A DNA stretch of 64,000 nucleotides from Aeriscardovia sp. Lineage in GTDB: Bacteria; Actinomycetota; Actinomycetes; Actinomycetales; Bifidobacteriaceae. The DNA lies in NCBI GenBank assembly GCA_017632945.1, contig JAGBQH010000001.1, positions 6,198 to 70,197 of the forward strand, given 5' to 3'. Below, in pieces: positions 18,029-31,326 of the stretch; the stretch's first letter is position 1; the number at the start of each line of letters is the position of its first letter. The position numbers and the translations under genes were made by a program. A model generated the notes under the pieces. The model did no database searches. It worked only from the letters and a program-made list of their open reading frames with translations, and was not told where the DNA came from.

Positions 18029-19549
18029 TCAACTCCTTAATTGATCCTCAGGTTCCATCGAATCTTGAACTATGTCGCTTTCATCTCCCATTCCACGCAC
18101 CAGGCTCGGGCGCAGCTGAACGGCGGGGATGACTCTGTGTTCCCTAGTGTAGTTTTGCAGGTATTTCTGTGCCGTAAGGGCCCAGCGATCCCTGCGGAAG
18201 TGGTGGAGAATAAGCGGGAAGACGGCAAAGATTAAAGTGAAGACTATCATCACTACAGCGCTTGCCCTCGAGCTTGCAGCTATTGCCGTAACAGCTATGA
18301 ATATCAGGCCAGACCAAAGGAAGATAGCCCACATCCATGCCAGGCCGTTTCCTTTCTTACCAATTCTGTAAGGACGCTTTAATTCTTTAGCTTCATATCT
18401 GAGTCGTATGAAAGCTATGGCAATAAGAGTATAAACCACTACGTAAAACATGGTGGTGGTGTTGGTCATTAGCATGAAGATCTGGTTTACATCCGGAAGA
18501 GCGTAAAGTAGAGCGAAGAGAGTGATAAGGCTAGCCTGGGCAATTAGGATAGGCTTGGAGACGCCCAGATCATTGTGCTTGTAGAAGCGCCATGAAGAAG
18601 GAACCAAACCTTCATTTGCAACCTGAATCATGGTCTGGCTGGGGCCGGTAACCCATCCGGAAAGAGCTACGAGCACGCCTATAAAGCTCATGCAGCTAAA
18701 AACGTTGTTAAGCCACTGGGGCCAACCCAGTATCTCGCAGAACAGCACTATGGGCTGGGAAATATTGGCGAGCTGGATGTTGCTGGAAGTGACGACGTTT
18801 GCCATAAGGAAGGCGTCTATTATGTTCATAAGCACAACGGCTATCAGAGCTATCATGAGGCCCTTGGCAAAATTCTTCGTAGAGTTCTTAATCCTAGGGA
18901 TATAAACGCCCAGAGTGGAGATGCCACAGAAGATAAAGGCGATGGAAGCCACATACTGAAGGCTTTCTCCCTGCGGCAAAAGCTCCTGCCAATGGAAAGT
19001 TCCCAGCACCATTCCAGGCTTGATGCCGGTCTTAATCATGGCTCCAAGGCCCAAAACCAGCATAAAGACGACCGGAATGTAAATACCCAACCATGTGCCG
19101 ATATCGCCGCCGATTTTGGCCATATCAAACTTAAGGTTGAGGAGAGTTACGAACCAATAGATAACTATGATGCTGCACATCACAAACCAGTGGTTGTTGC
19201 CAAGGGGAATATTACTTATGGTGTTTCCAAACAACGGTCCCAGGGGAGCTGCTACCATAACCATGCCTGGAAACATCTGAGCCCATAAAAGCCAGGCCAC
19301 AACAAATCCCCATTTATCGCTTAACCCCCTGCGCACCCATCGCTGAGGTCCACCTTCGCCTGGCAGCATGGCTCCAAGCTCTCCACACATCAGCGCCAAA
19401 GGCAAGGCGAAAAACACCACGGAGATGATCATGTATATGATCATCTGCCATCCCGTGGCAGCCAATTGTGGGATGCTTCGCACGGAGGCTATAAGAGCCA
19501 TAGCTATACCTACAAAGGTACTCAGAGAGATTTTAATCTGATCGCTCAT
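18029..19549 (-). CDS. tyrP: APC-superfamily amino-acid antiporter, probable tyrosine:tyramine exchanger
   Basis: 506 aa, about 12 TM helices, GadC/TyrP-like N-terminus. The stop lies 2 nt before the tdc ATG. The substrate is inferred from context. Confidence 0.75.
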   Translation of the reverse strand: MSDQIKISLSTFVGIAMALIASVRSIPQLAATGWQMIIYMIISVVFFALPLALMCGELGAMLPGEGGPQRWVRRGLSDKWGFVVAWLLWAQMFPGMVMVAAPLGPLFGNTISNIPLGNNHWFVMCSIIVIYWFVTLLNLKFDMAKIGGDIGTWLGIYIPVVFMLVLGLGAMIKTGIKPGMVLGTFHWQELLPQGESLQYVASIAFIFCGISTLGVYIPRIKNSTKNFAKGLMIALIAVVLMNIIDAFLMANVVTSSNIQLANISQPIVLFCEILGWPQWLNNVFSCMSFIGVLVALSGWVTGPSQTMIQVANEGLVPSSWRFYKHNDLGVSKPILIAQASLITLFALLYALPDVNQIFMLMTNTTTMFYVVVYTLIAIAFIRLRYEAKELKRPYRIGKKGNGLAWMWAIFLWSGLIFIAVTAIAASSRASAVVMIVFTLIFAVFPLILHHFRRDRWALTAQKYLQNYTREHRVIPAVQLRPSLVRGMGDESDIVQDSMEPEDQLRS

Positions 19550-19658
19550 TTGCTTTACTCTTTTTCTTACTTGTGGGAACTGGGATTATGAAGTCCCTGG
19601 GCGCAAAAACCTTCCTGATTTGTGATGGTCTAAGGCAACTGCGCACCAAAACTCTCGA

Positions 19659-20114
19659 TTATACCTTCAATTCTATACTTTTTGGCCCTTCACCCTTATC
19701 TCCCCTGTTTCTTCCGGAAGCTGCACACAAAACGCCGTATATAAAGTTCACACTTTTACTATCACAATAGATTTTTGCGAGCTTTACAGATTCGTTTATA
19801 TACGCTCCCGTAGATCCGGGCTGGCCGTAAAGACACTCCCATACCCCCATACGCAGGATATTCCTGTCTACCACCCCCATCCTCTCTAACTTCCATGTAG
19901 AGTTGGCACGGATAATCCTGTCTATCTCTTCCTTATGGGCTGCCACGCCCTCCGCTATTTCTTTTGCATATTCAGGCAGAACTCTAAGATCTGTTACCAC
20001 TCCTTCTTCCTGAATTTGCAGCCTCTCTCGAAGGGCGTCTTCAATACTTTCATCTCTCTCATCGGCCTCATAAAGAACGCTGAGAGCCTCCATTCTGGCG
20101 GCAAATCTCGACAT
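19659..20114 (-). CDS. nusB: Transcription antitermination factor NusB
   Basis: RMEALSVLYEAD.., VVDRNILRMGVWE, INESVKLAKIY..SVNFIYGVL. It lies directly downstream of efp. Confidence 0.88.
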   Translation of the reverse strand: MSRFAARMEALSVLYEADERDESIEDALRERLQIQEEGVVTDLRVLPEYAKEIAEGVAAHKEEIDRIIRANSTWKLERMGVVDRNILRMGVWECLYGQPGSTGAYINESVKLAKIYCDSKSVNFIYGVLCAASGRNRGDKGEGPKSIELKV

Positions 20115-20117
20115 TCC

Positions 20118-20678
20118 CTATTCCCTGCTCAGGTAAGATCCGTCCCTGGTATCGACCTTTATTTTTTCACCCTCGTTTATAAAGAGGGGCACTTGTATCT
20201 CAGCTCCAGTTTCCAGAGTGGCAGGCTTATTTCCGGCGCTGCTTCTGTTGCCCTGAAGGCCGGGCTCGGTGTGAGTGACTTCCAGCACTACCGAAGCGGG
20301 AAGCTGCACGGCAATGGGGTTCCCTTCAAAGAAGCTAACTATGCAGTCTGTTCCTTCTACAAGGTACTTTATCTGGTCTCCCAAAAGCTCTTCGGGAATG
20401 GCAACCTGATCGTAGGAAGAAGTATCCATGAACATCAGGTTAGATCCATCTTTGTAGCTGTACTGGAGGTTGCGGTTGTCGAGAGTGGCAAAGTCCATCT
20501 TCACTCCGGCGTTGAAGGTGCGCTCTACCTGTTTTCCGCTTAGAACGTCCTTTATGGTAGTCCTTACAAAGGCAGGGCCCTTTCCAGGCTTTACATGCTG
20601 GAATTTCACCACCCTCCAAAGCTTGCCGTCGATGTTAAGAATCGATCCATTTTCAATATCATTTGTAGTCTGTGCCAT
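20118..20678 (-). CDS. efp: Elongation factor P
   Basis: [19 protein letters not shown], 186 aa. Confidence 0.97.
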   Translation of the reverse strand: MAQTTNDIENGSILNIDGKLWRVVKFQHVKPGKGPAFVRTTIKDVLSGKQVERTFNAGVKMDFATLDNRNLQYSYKDGSNLMFMDTSSYDQVAIPEELLGDQIKYLVEGTDCIVSFFEGNPIAVQLPASVVLEVTHTEPGLQGNRSSAGNKPATLETGAEIQVPLFINEGEKIKVDTRDGSYLSRE

Positions 20679-20748
20679 TAAAAGTCCTTCACAGCAATCA
20701 GTAAATTTAAACCTTTAACACTTTAGATTAATTCACACGCGTGTCAAA

Positions 20749-20780
20749 GAAAAAATAAAACCCCAGAACGCCCTGGGGTT
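20749..20780 (-). terminator. Rho-independent terminator of tuf
   Basis: The minus strand reads AACCCCAG-GGCGTT-CTGGGGTT followed by TTATTTTTT, about 20 nt after the tuf stop. Confidence 0.75.
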
Positions 20781-20800
20781 TAGGGAAGCGAATCCTTAAA

Positions 20801-22003
20801 TTACTTGAGGATCTCGGTGACTCTTCCGGATCCCACAGTCCTTCCGCCTTCACGGATTGCGAAGGTCTGGCCCTTCTCGAGGGCTACGGGCTGCAGGAGG
20901 CGTACGGTGAAGTTGGCGTGGTCGCCAGGCTGCACCATTTCTACGCCTTCAGGAAGCTCGATGGTTCCAGTCACATCCGTGGTGCGGATGTAGAACTGGG
21001 GACGGTAGTTGGTGAAGAAGGGAGTGTGCCTTCCGCCCTCGTCCTTGGTAAGGACGTAGACCTCAGCCTTGAACTCGGTGTGAGGAGTTACGGTTCCGGG
21101 GGCAGCCACAACTTGTCCCCTCTCGACCTGGTCGCGGTTGATGCCGCGAAGCAGGAGGCCGGTGTTATCTCCGGCTTCTGCCATATCCATCTGCTTGTGG
21201 AAGGTCTCGATAGAGGTGACGACGGTGGTCTGGGTAGGACGCAGTCCTACGATTTCCACAGGGGTGTTGGGGGTAATCTTGCCCCTCTCAATACGCCCGG
21301 TAACAACGGTGCCACGTCCGGAAATGGTGAACACATCCTCGATAGGCATGAGGAAGGGCTTGTCAAGGTCGTGAACAGGGGTGGGGATGTAGTCATCTAC
21401 AGCGCTCATGAGCTCCTTTACGGAGTTCACCCACTTGTCGTGATCCTTGGCATCGTCGTGAAGGGCGCCGTAGGCCGAAATCTGGACGATGGGGCAGTCC
21501 CTGTCAAAGCCGTTCTCTTCAAGAAGGTCGCGGGTCTCTTCCTCTACAAGCTCGATCATCTCAGGATCGTCTACCATATCGCACTTGTTGAGGGCGACAA
21601 GGATCTTAGGAACGCCTACCTGCTTGGCGAGCAGAACGTGCTCCCTGGTCTGGGCCATAGGTCCATCATTGGCTGCGACGACGAGGATTGCTCCATCCAT
21701 CTGAGCAGCGCCGGTGATCATGTTCTTAATGTAATCTGCGTGGCCGGGGGCGTCAATGTGAGCGTAGTGCCTCTTGTCGGTCTCGTACTCTATGTGGGCA
21801 ATATTGATGGTGATGCCGCGCTGCTTCTCTTCGGGGGCAGCATCAATCTGGTCAAACTTATATTCAGGGTTTACGTCGGGGTATTCGTCGTGAAGAACCT
21901 TGGAGATGGCCGCGGTCAAAGTGGTTTTGCCGTGGTCAATGTGCCCGATGGTTCCCACGTTTACGTGCGGCTTGGTGCGCTCGTATTTGGTCTTTTCTGC
22001 CAT
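20801..22003 (-). CDS. tuf: Elongation factor Tu
   Basis: [28 protein letters not shown]. The start is set at MAEK; the track's MSRRTL extension is unlikely. Confidence 0.98.
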   Translation of the reverse strand: MAEKTKYERTKPHVNVGTIGHIDHGKTTLTAAISKVLHDEYPDVNPEYKFDQIDAAPEEKQRGITINIAHIEYETDKRHYAHIDAPGHADYIKNMITGAAQMDGAILVVAANDGPMAQTREHVLLAKQVGVPKILVALNKCDMVDDPEMIELVEEETRDLLEENGFDRDCPIVQISAYGALHDDAKDHDKWVNSVKELMSAVDDYIPTPVHDLDKPFLMPIEDVFTISGRGTVVTGRIERGKITPNTPVEIVGLRPTQTTVVTSIETFHKQMDMAEAGDNTGLLLRGINRDQVERGQVVAAPGTVTPHTEFKAEVYVLTKDEGGRHTPFFTNYRPQFYIRTTDVTGTIELPEGVEMVQPGDHANFTVRLLQPVALEKGQTFAIREGGRTVGSGRVTEILK

Positions 22004-22107
22004 TAAAGTCCTCCTGGACAATTCAACGCTTCAGGTAAGAAGCTGATCTTATTTTATATTTTCGACTTTATTATTATCTATCTCACAGAGAACCCACAGA
22101 TCAGGGC

Positions 22108-24252
22108 CTATTCGCCCCTCTGCTGCTTTATGATTTCATCTGCGATATTCTTAGGAACCTCGGCATAGGAGTCCATCTGCATGCTGTAGACGGCCCTTCC
22201 CTGGGTCTTGGAGCGAAGGTCTCCAATGTAACCGAACATTTCGGCAAGCGGAACCTTTGCGTCTATTACCTTTACGCCGGTGGCATCGGTCATATTTTCA
22301 ATCCTGCCTCGCCTGGAGTTCAGATCTCCTATGACGTCTCCCATGTATTCCTCAGGCGTCCTGACTTCCACCGCCATAATCGGCTCAAGAAGTACGGGAT
22401 CTGCCTTGAGGGCGGCTCCCTTGAAGGCCATAGATCCGGCCACTTTGAAGGCAAGCTCAGAAGAGTCGACAGGGTGCATCTGGCCGTCTATGAGCTCTGC
22501 CTTCACGCCCACCATGGGGTATCCGGCCAAAATTCCAGACTCCATGGCTTCCTTGATACCTGCCTCTACGGAAGGAATATATTCCGAAGAGATGACCCCT
22601 CCGGTAATCTTATCGACAAAGATGAAGTCTTTGCCCTTTTCTTCGGGATTATTTTCGTCAATAGGCATGAAGTTGAGTTCCACCCTTGCAAACTGGCCAG
22701 AGCCTCCGGTCTGCTTCTTGTGGGTGTACTCGTACTCTGCCACAGGCCTTCTGATGGTTTCCCTGTAGGCGACCTGGGGCTTGCCCACGTTGCACTCCAC
22801 GTGGAACTCCCTGCGCATCCTGTCGACGATGATGTCTAGCTGAAGCTCTCCCATGCCGGAAATCAGAGTCTGTCCGCTTTCCTGATCCGTCTTTACCTGG
22901 AAGGTCGGATCCTCGTCTGCAAGCCTTGCAAGGGCTATTCCCATCTTCTCCTGATCGGCCTTGCTCTTAGGCTCTACTGCGATCTGGATCACCGGATCCG
23001 GGAAGGTCATAGACTCAAGGCATATCGGGTTCTTCGGATCGCAAAGGGTGTCTCCTGTCCCCACGTTCTTTAGGCCGACAAAGGCATATATATTGCCTGC
23101 AAAGGCCTCATCCATGGGGATTTCCTTGTTGGAGTGCATCTGGAAGATCTTTCCTACCCTCTCCCTCTTGCCGGTGGTGGAGTTAAGGATAGTGTCTCCG
23201 GGCTTTACAGATCCCGAGTACACCCTCACGTAAATCAGCTTTCCGTAGAAGGGGTGGACTGCGATCTTAAAGGCCAAAGCCGAGAAGGGATCGGAAATGA
23301 CGGGCTTGCGATCGATCTCCACGCTTTCGTCTCCGGGCTCGTAGCCGACAATAGCCGGGACGTCTTCGGGGCTGGGAAGGTAATCTACCACGGCATCGAG
23401 GAGGGGCTGAATGCCCTTGTCCTTGAAGGCGGAGCCGCAAAAGACCGGGTAGGCTTCAGAGTGTATAGTCAAAGACCTTATGCCACGCCTAATTTCGTCT
23501 TCGGAAAGATCTCCGGTCTCAAAGTACTTGTCCATGAGCTTTTCATCAGTTTCGGCTGCAGCTTCTATAAGCTCTGTCCTGTACTTTTCTGCCATTTCCT
23601 TCAGGTCTTCGGGGACATCGGTCGTCTCGTAATGTGCGCCCTGGTCGCTCTTCTTTACGTCTCCCTTCCAGAGGTAGGCCTTCATCCTCACCAGATCTAC
23701 CACTCCGTCGAAGTCGTTTTCGCTTCCCACGGGCAGCTGCATAACAATGGGCCTGGCGCCCAGTTTGGTTTTGATGGTGTCTACCGAGTAGAAGAAGTTG
23801 GCCCCGAGCTTATCCATCTTGTTGATAAAGCAGATTCTCGGAACGCCATATTTATCGGCCTGGCGCCACACCGTTTCAGACTGGGGCTCCACCCCCTCTT
23901 TGGCATCGAAGACAGCCACCGCTCCGTCAAGGACCCTAAGCGACCTTTCTACCTCAGCTGTGAAGTCAACGTGCCCGGGAGTATCGATGATGTTTATCTG
24001 GAACTGCTCTTCGGGATCGTGAGTCTGCCTGTTCCAAAAGCAGGTAATGGCGGCGGAAGTGATGGTAATTCCGCGTTCCTTTTCCTGATCCATCCAGTCC
24101 ATGGTCGAGTCGCCGTCGTGCGTCTCGCCAATTTTATAGTTGACCCCGGTGTAGTACAGAATCCTCTCGGTCGTAGTGGTTTTTCCCGCATCGATGTGGG
24201 CCATGATTCCGATGTTTCTGATTCTGTTCAAATCAGTGAGCACTTGTGGCAT
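22108..24252 (-). CDS. fusA: Elongation factor G
   Basis: [26 protein letters not shown], 714 aa, str-operon order. Confidence 0.98.
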   Translation of the reverse strand: MPQVLTDLNRIRNIGIMAHIDAGKTTTTERILYYTGVNYKIGETHDGDSTMDWMDQEKERGITITSAAITCFWNRQTHDPEEQFQINIIDTPGHVDFTAEVERSLRVLDGAVAVFDAKEGVEPQSETVWRQADKYGVPRICFINKMDKLGANFFYSVDTIKTKLGARPIVMQLPVGSENDFDGVVDLVRMKAYLWKGDVKKSDQGAHYETTDVPEDLKEMAEKYRTELIEAAAETDEKLMDKYFETGDLSEDEIRRGIRSLTIHSEAYPVFCGSAFKDKGIQPLLDAVVDYLPSPEDVPAIVGYEPGDESVEIDRKPVISDPFSALAFKIAVHPFYGKLIYVRVYSGSVKPGDTILNSTTGKRERVGKIFQMHSNKEIPMDEAFAGNIYAFVGLKNVGTGDTLCDPKNPICLESMTFPDPVIQIAVEPKSKADQEKMGIALARLADEDPTFQVKTDQESGQTLISGMGELQLDIIVDRMRREFHVECNVGKPQVAYRETIRRPVAEYEYTHKKQTGGSGQFARVELNFMPIDENNPEEKGKDFIFVDKITGGVISSEYIPSVEAGIKEAMESGILAGYPMVGVKAELIDGQMHPVDSSELAFKVAGSMAFKGAALKADPVLLEPIMAVEVRTPEEYMGDVIGDLNSRRGRIENMTDATGVKVIDAKVPLAEMFGYIGDLRSKTQGRAVYSMQMDSYAEVPKNIADEIIKQQRGE

Positions 24253-24270
24253 ATAGCTTTTCCTTTCCTA

Positions 24271-24741
24271 CTACCAGCGATAGTGGGCGAAGGCGCGGTT
24301 GGCTTCGGCCATCTTGTGGGTGTCTTCGCGCTTCTTTACAGCCATTCCCAGGCCGTTGGAAGCGTCCAAAATCTCGTTGGCGAGCCTGTCAGACATTGAC
24401 TTTTCTTTTCTGAGCCTGGCATAGCCCGTAAGCCACCTGAGGGAAAGGGTGTTTGCCCTGGCGGGCCTCACTTCCACAGGGACCTGGTAGGTAGCTCCCC
24501 CCACCCTGCGGCTGCGGACTTCCAGAGTGGGGCGGATGTTATCCAAGGCCCTCTTAAGCACTCCCAAAGCTTCCTGATCGCTCTTTTTGCCCACTTTGTC
24601 GAGGGCAGTGTAAACTATCGTCTCCGCTACGGATTTCTTTCCGTCTTTCAAAACTTTATTGATGAGCTGGGCCACGGTGGTGGACTTATAAATGGGATCC
24701 GGCTCTATAACGCGCTTTTTTGCAGGTCCTTTGCGTGACAT
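24271..24741 (-). CDS. rpsG: 30S ribosomal protein S7
   Basis: [10 protein letters not shown]...[10 protein letters not shown]. Confidence 0.98.
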   Translation of the reverse strand: MSRKGPAKKRVIEPDPIYKSTTVAQLINKVLKDGKKSVAETIVYTALDKVGKKSDQEALGVLKRALDNIRPTLEVRSRRVGGATYQVPVEVRPARANTLSLRWLTGYARLRKEKSMSDRLANEILDASNGLGMAVKKREDTHKMAEANRAFAHYRW

Positions 24742-24743
24742 CT

Positions 24744-25115
24744 CTACTTAGCCTTCTTCGTTCCGTACAGGGAGCGGCCCTGCTTGCGATCTTTTACGCC
24801 CTGGGTATCAAGGGCTCCACGCACGATGTGGTAACGCACTCCAGGCAGATCCTTTACCCTTCCGCCCCTCACAAGAACTATGGAGTGCTCCTGAAGGTTG
24901 TGCCCTTCGCCGGGAATGTAGGCGGTGACTTCGTACCCGGAGCTCAGCTTCACACGGGCCACTTTCCTCAAGGCGCTGTTAGGCTTCTTAGGAGTGGTGG
25001 TGTAAACACGCGTGCAAACTCCCCTGCGCAGAGGGGATCCCTTAAGGGCCAAAGTCTTGGATTTCTTCGTCTTTGGCTTGCGTCCGTTTCGGACAAGTTG
25101 TTGGATTGTAGGCAT
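24744..25115 (-). CDS. rpsL: 30S ribosomal protein S12
   Basis: [12 protein letters not shown]...[17 protein letters not shown]. The start is set at MPTIQQL; the 19-aa upstream extension in the track is rejected. Confidence 0.97.
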   Translation of the reverse strand: MPTIQQLVRNGRKPKTKKSKTLALKGSPLRRGVCTRVYTTTPKKPNSALRKVARVKLSSGYEVTAYIPGEGHNLQEHSIVLVRGGRVKDLPGVRYHIVRGALDTQGVKDRKQGRSLYGTKKAK

Positions 25116-25339
25116 CCGACCCCTTTTTATTTTGCGGGCCGGGAGCGCATAATGCGCCCTGTGCACAGCCAACGCCCACCGGCCCGATGGTTTTTCTAAT
25201 TTATAAAAAGAAAAAATACCTGCGCCGCGCGCAAGTAAGCCCTTCGATCTTACACTTTCCGGCCTTCTTTTGGCAATCGCAATCTATAGATATAGGGAAA
25301 ATGTAGGATATTAGTGTAATTTACACAGAAAGACGTCAA

Positions 25340-26185
25340 ATGAGCAAAATCGACATCTCCAGCGCAGCCTGTTCCGACATAGGGCTTAAGAGGGCAGATA
25401 ACCAAGACTCTTATCTTGAAGAGACGGGACTGTACCTGGTGGCTGACGGCATGGGGGGAGGAGTAAAGGGAAGACAGGCGAGCGCCACATGCTTATCTGT
25501 GATGGAGAAGTTAAGCAACTCTAAAGTAAGAACCAAAAAAGAGATCGCAGGCTGCATGCAAGAGGCCCAGGAGGTAGTGGGGGAAATAGGGGCCAGGGAA
25601 GGGGGCGTTGCCGGAACCACCTTAAGCGGCCTCATTTTAAAAGACACGGATATGGAAGAAGAAGGAAACGCGTGGTATGTGGTAAACGTGGGAGATTCTA
25701 GGACCTACCACTTATCCATGGGGGAATCCGGCCTGGACAGATCCACTTTTGAACAGATCACCCACGATCACTCTGAACAACAAAAGGCCGTAGACACCGG
25801 TAAATACCTTCCCAACCAGGCGGCAAAGCTCATTCCAAGAAACCTCATCACCCAAGCCATAGGTTCTCCTTCCCCCCTGCATCCCGATTTTTACAGAGCC
25901 GATTTGGAAGGCCGTTTTATAATCTGCTCTGACGGAATTTATACCCAGATGAACCTAAACAGGCTTGTAAACCTCTGCTCGGCCAATAAAAGCCCGGATG
26001 AAGTAGCGCATTCTCTAGTAGAAGCTGCCATAGACGGCGGGGGAAGCGATAACGCCACAGTAATAGTGGTCGACGTGAAAGTCTCAAGCCAGGAGGGGTG
26101 GCTGGTGCAAAAACTCTCTGAAGAAGAAGACATAGACTTCATGTCGGATGCCACCATGGAAAACCTGCACGTTCCAAGGGAGTAA
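25340..26185 (+). CDS. Cytosolic PP2C-family Ser/Thr phosphatase
   Basis: RADNQDSY, LVADGMGGG, ICSDGIY, GGSDNATVIVVDV. No TM segment. Confidence 0.9.
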   Translation: MSKIDISSAACSDIGLKRADNQDSYLEETGLYLVADGMGGGVKGRQASATCLSVMEKLSNSKVRTKKEIAGCMQEAQEVVGEIGAREGGVAGTTLSGLILKDTDMEEEGNAWYVVNVGDSRTYHLSMGESGLDRSTFEQITHDHSEQQKAVDTGKYLPNQAAKLIPRNLITQAIGSPSPLHPDFYRADLEGRFIICSDGIYTQMNLNRLVNLCSANKSPDEVAHSLVEAAIDGGGSDNATVIVVDVKVSSQEGWLVQKLSEEEDIDFMSDATMENLHVPRE

Positions 26186-26194
26186 GGAGAAATT

Positions 26195-26650
26195 ATGGTA
26201 GATTACGACGTCGCATGCCAGGCCGTTCAAGATGAGAACGCCGACCCATGTCTGCTCGCCCTAATAGCCTATGAAAATCCGGATTTTACCCCGAATGTGG
26301 CAAGCCATCCGAGGGCTTACCCCGGTCTTTTGGCTTGGATTGCCCGCTTCGGAAATGAAGAAGCGAAAAAAATTGTGATGAGGAGGCTCTCTACCGAATC
26401 CAACCCTCTTTCCCTCTCTTCGACCCATGAGGACTCTGTTTCTTACACTCCCCAGCAGGCGATGGAAGTAAAAGATGCCTTTGTGCAGCATGACATTGCC
26501 AAAAACTTCCCGGAACTTAGAAAGTACCTGGCGCAAAATCCCAACTGCTATGCCGAGCTTATAGAATGGCTCGCAAATCTAGATGACCCCCAGATCAACG
26601 AAGCCCTCCAAAAGAGGAGGGCCGTTCAAGAGCAAGATCCTACTCTATAG
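26195..26650 (+). CDS. Small protein with two leucine-rich-repeat-variant (LRV)-like repeats
   Basis: RBS AAGGAG. Repeats NVASHPRAYPGLLAWIARFGNEEA and YLAQNPNCYAELIEWLANLDDPQINEAL resemble the NP..P..L..LA.D LRV pattern. The family call comes from pattern memory only. Confidence 0.55.
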   Translation: MVDYDVACQAVQDENADPCLLALIAYENPDFTPNVASHPRAYPGLLAWIARFGNEEAKKIVMRRLSTESNPLSLSSTHEDSVSYTPQQAMEVKDAFVQHDIAKNFPELRKYLAQNPNCYAELIEWLANLDDPQINEALQKRRAVQEQDPTL

Positions 26651-27142
26651 AAATCTCGTAAAACTCGTCTCCCAATCTGAGCAGCAGTCCCTGCTCTAGC
26701 TTTATAGGGCAGTGGGGTTTAGATCTGCTTTCCGCTTCTCCGATTACGTAAGTCCCGTTGAGAGATCCCAGATCTTGCACATAAGCGTTCTTCTGCCCAT
26801 CAAAGTAGATGAGGGCATGAGACCTTGAAATCGTCCTCGTCGGATCCGACAGCGTAACTTCCTCCCCCCTGCCCTCAGAAGAAGGCTTGCGGCCTAAAAC
26901 AGAGTCATGGCTTATCCGGATGGTGGAATTGCTAGAGGTATTCCTCAAAATCACAGTTCCGCCCGACTTTGCCGGCGCCAAATGCTTTGGTTCGCTGTAC
27001 TTGCGCGCGGCCTCTATCCCGGAAAAATCAGATTTGTCCAGGTACTGGGTCAATCCGTGCTGCTGGGCCCAAATGCGATCTTCCGGATACCACCCAAAGA
27101 CGGGAGGTTCGGGAAAAGGCCTTACGGAGTCAGACTGATCCA

Positions 27143-27143
<1 letters not shown>
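26640..27143 (-). CDS. FHA-domain protein translationally coupled to rpoC
   Basis: C-terminal FHA signature LGRKP...TISRSHALIYFDGQKNAYVQDLGSLNGTYV. Its ATG shares nt 27143 with the rpoC TGA. Confidence 0.82.
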
Positions 27144-31294
<4,151 letters not shown>

Positions 31295-31326
31295 TTACGC
31301 GTTTCCTTATATTCCGAAGTCCAAAA

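Noticed and set aside
20918-22006. 362-aa ORF antisense to tuf
   Set aside because: It lies in the codon-aligned antisense frame. Stops there require sense codons TTA, CTA or TCA, which highly expressed genes avoid. The product is low-complexity (G/V/L/D-rich), with no RBS and no family resemblance.
22004-22021. N-terminal extensions in the ORF track for tuf, rpsL (25116..25172), rpe (54012..54044), the phasin-like gene (50356..50376) and ClC (49087..49110)
   Set aside because: Conserved protein N-termini and better-placed RBS sequences support the downstream starts.
23134-24399. 421-aa ORF antisense to fusA and rpsG
   Set aside because: Same codon-bias artefact as for tuf. It spans a gene boundary and has an implausible composition.
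25314-25326. Inverted repeat GTGTAA-T-TTACAC just upstream of the PP2C start
   Set aside because: It is a short 6-bp palindrome with high chance expectation, and no second copy was seen. It is not enough to call an operator.
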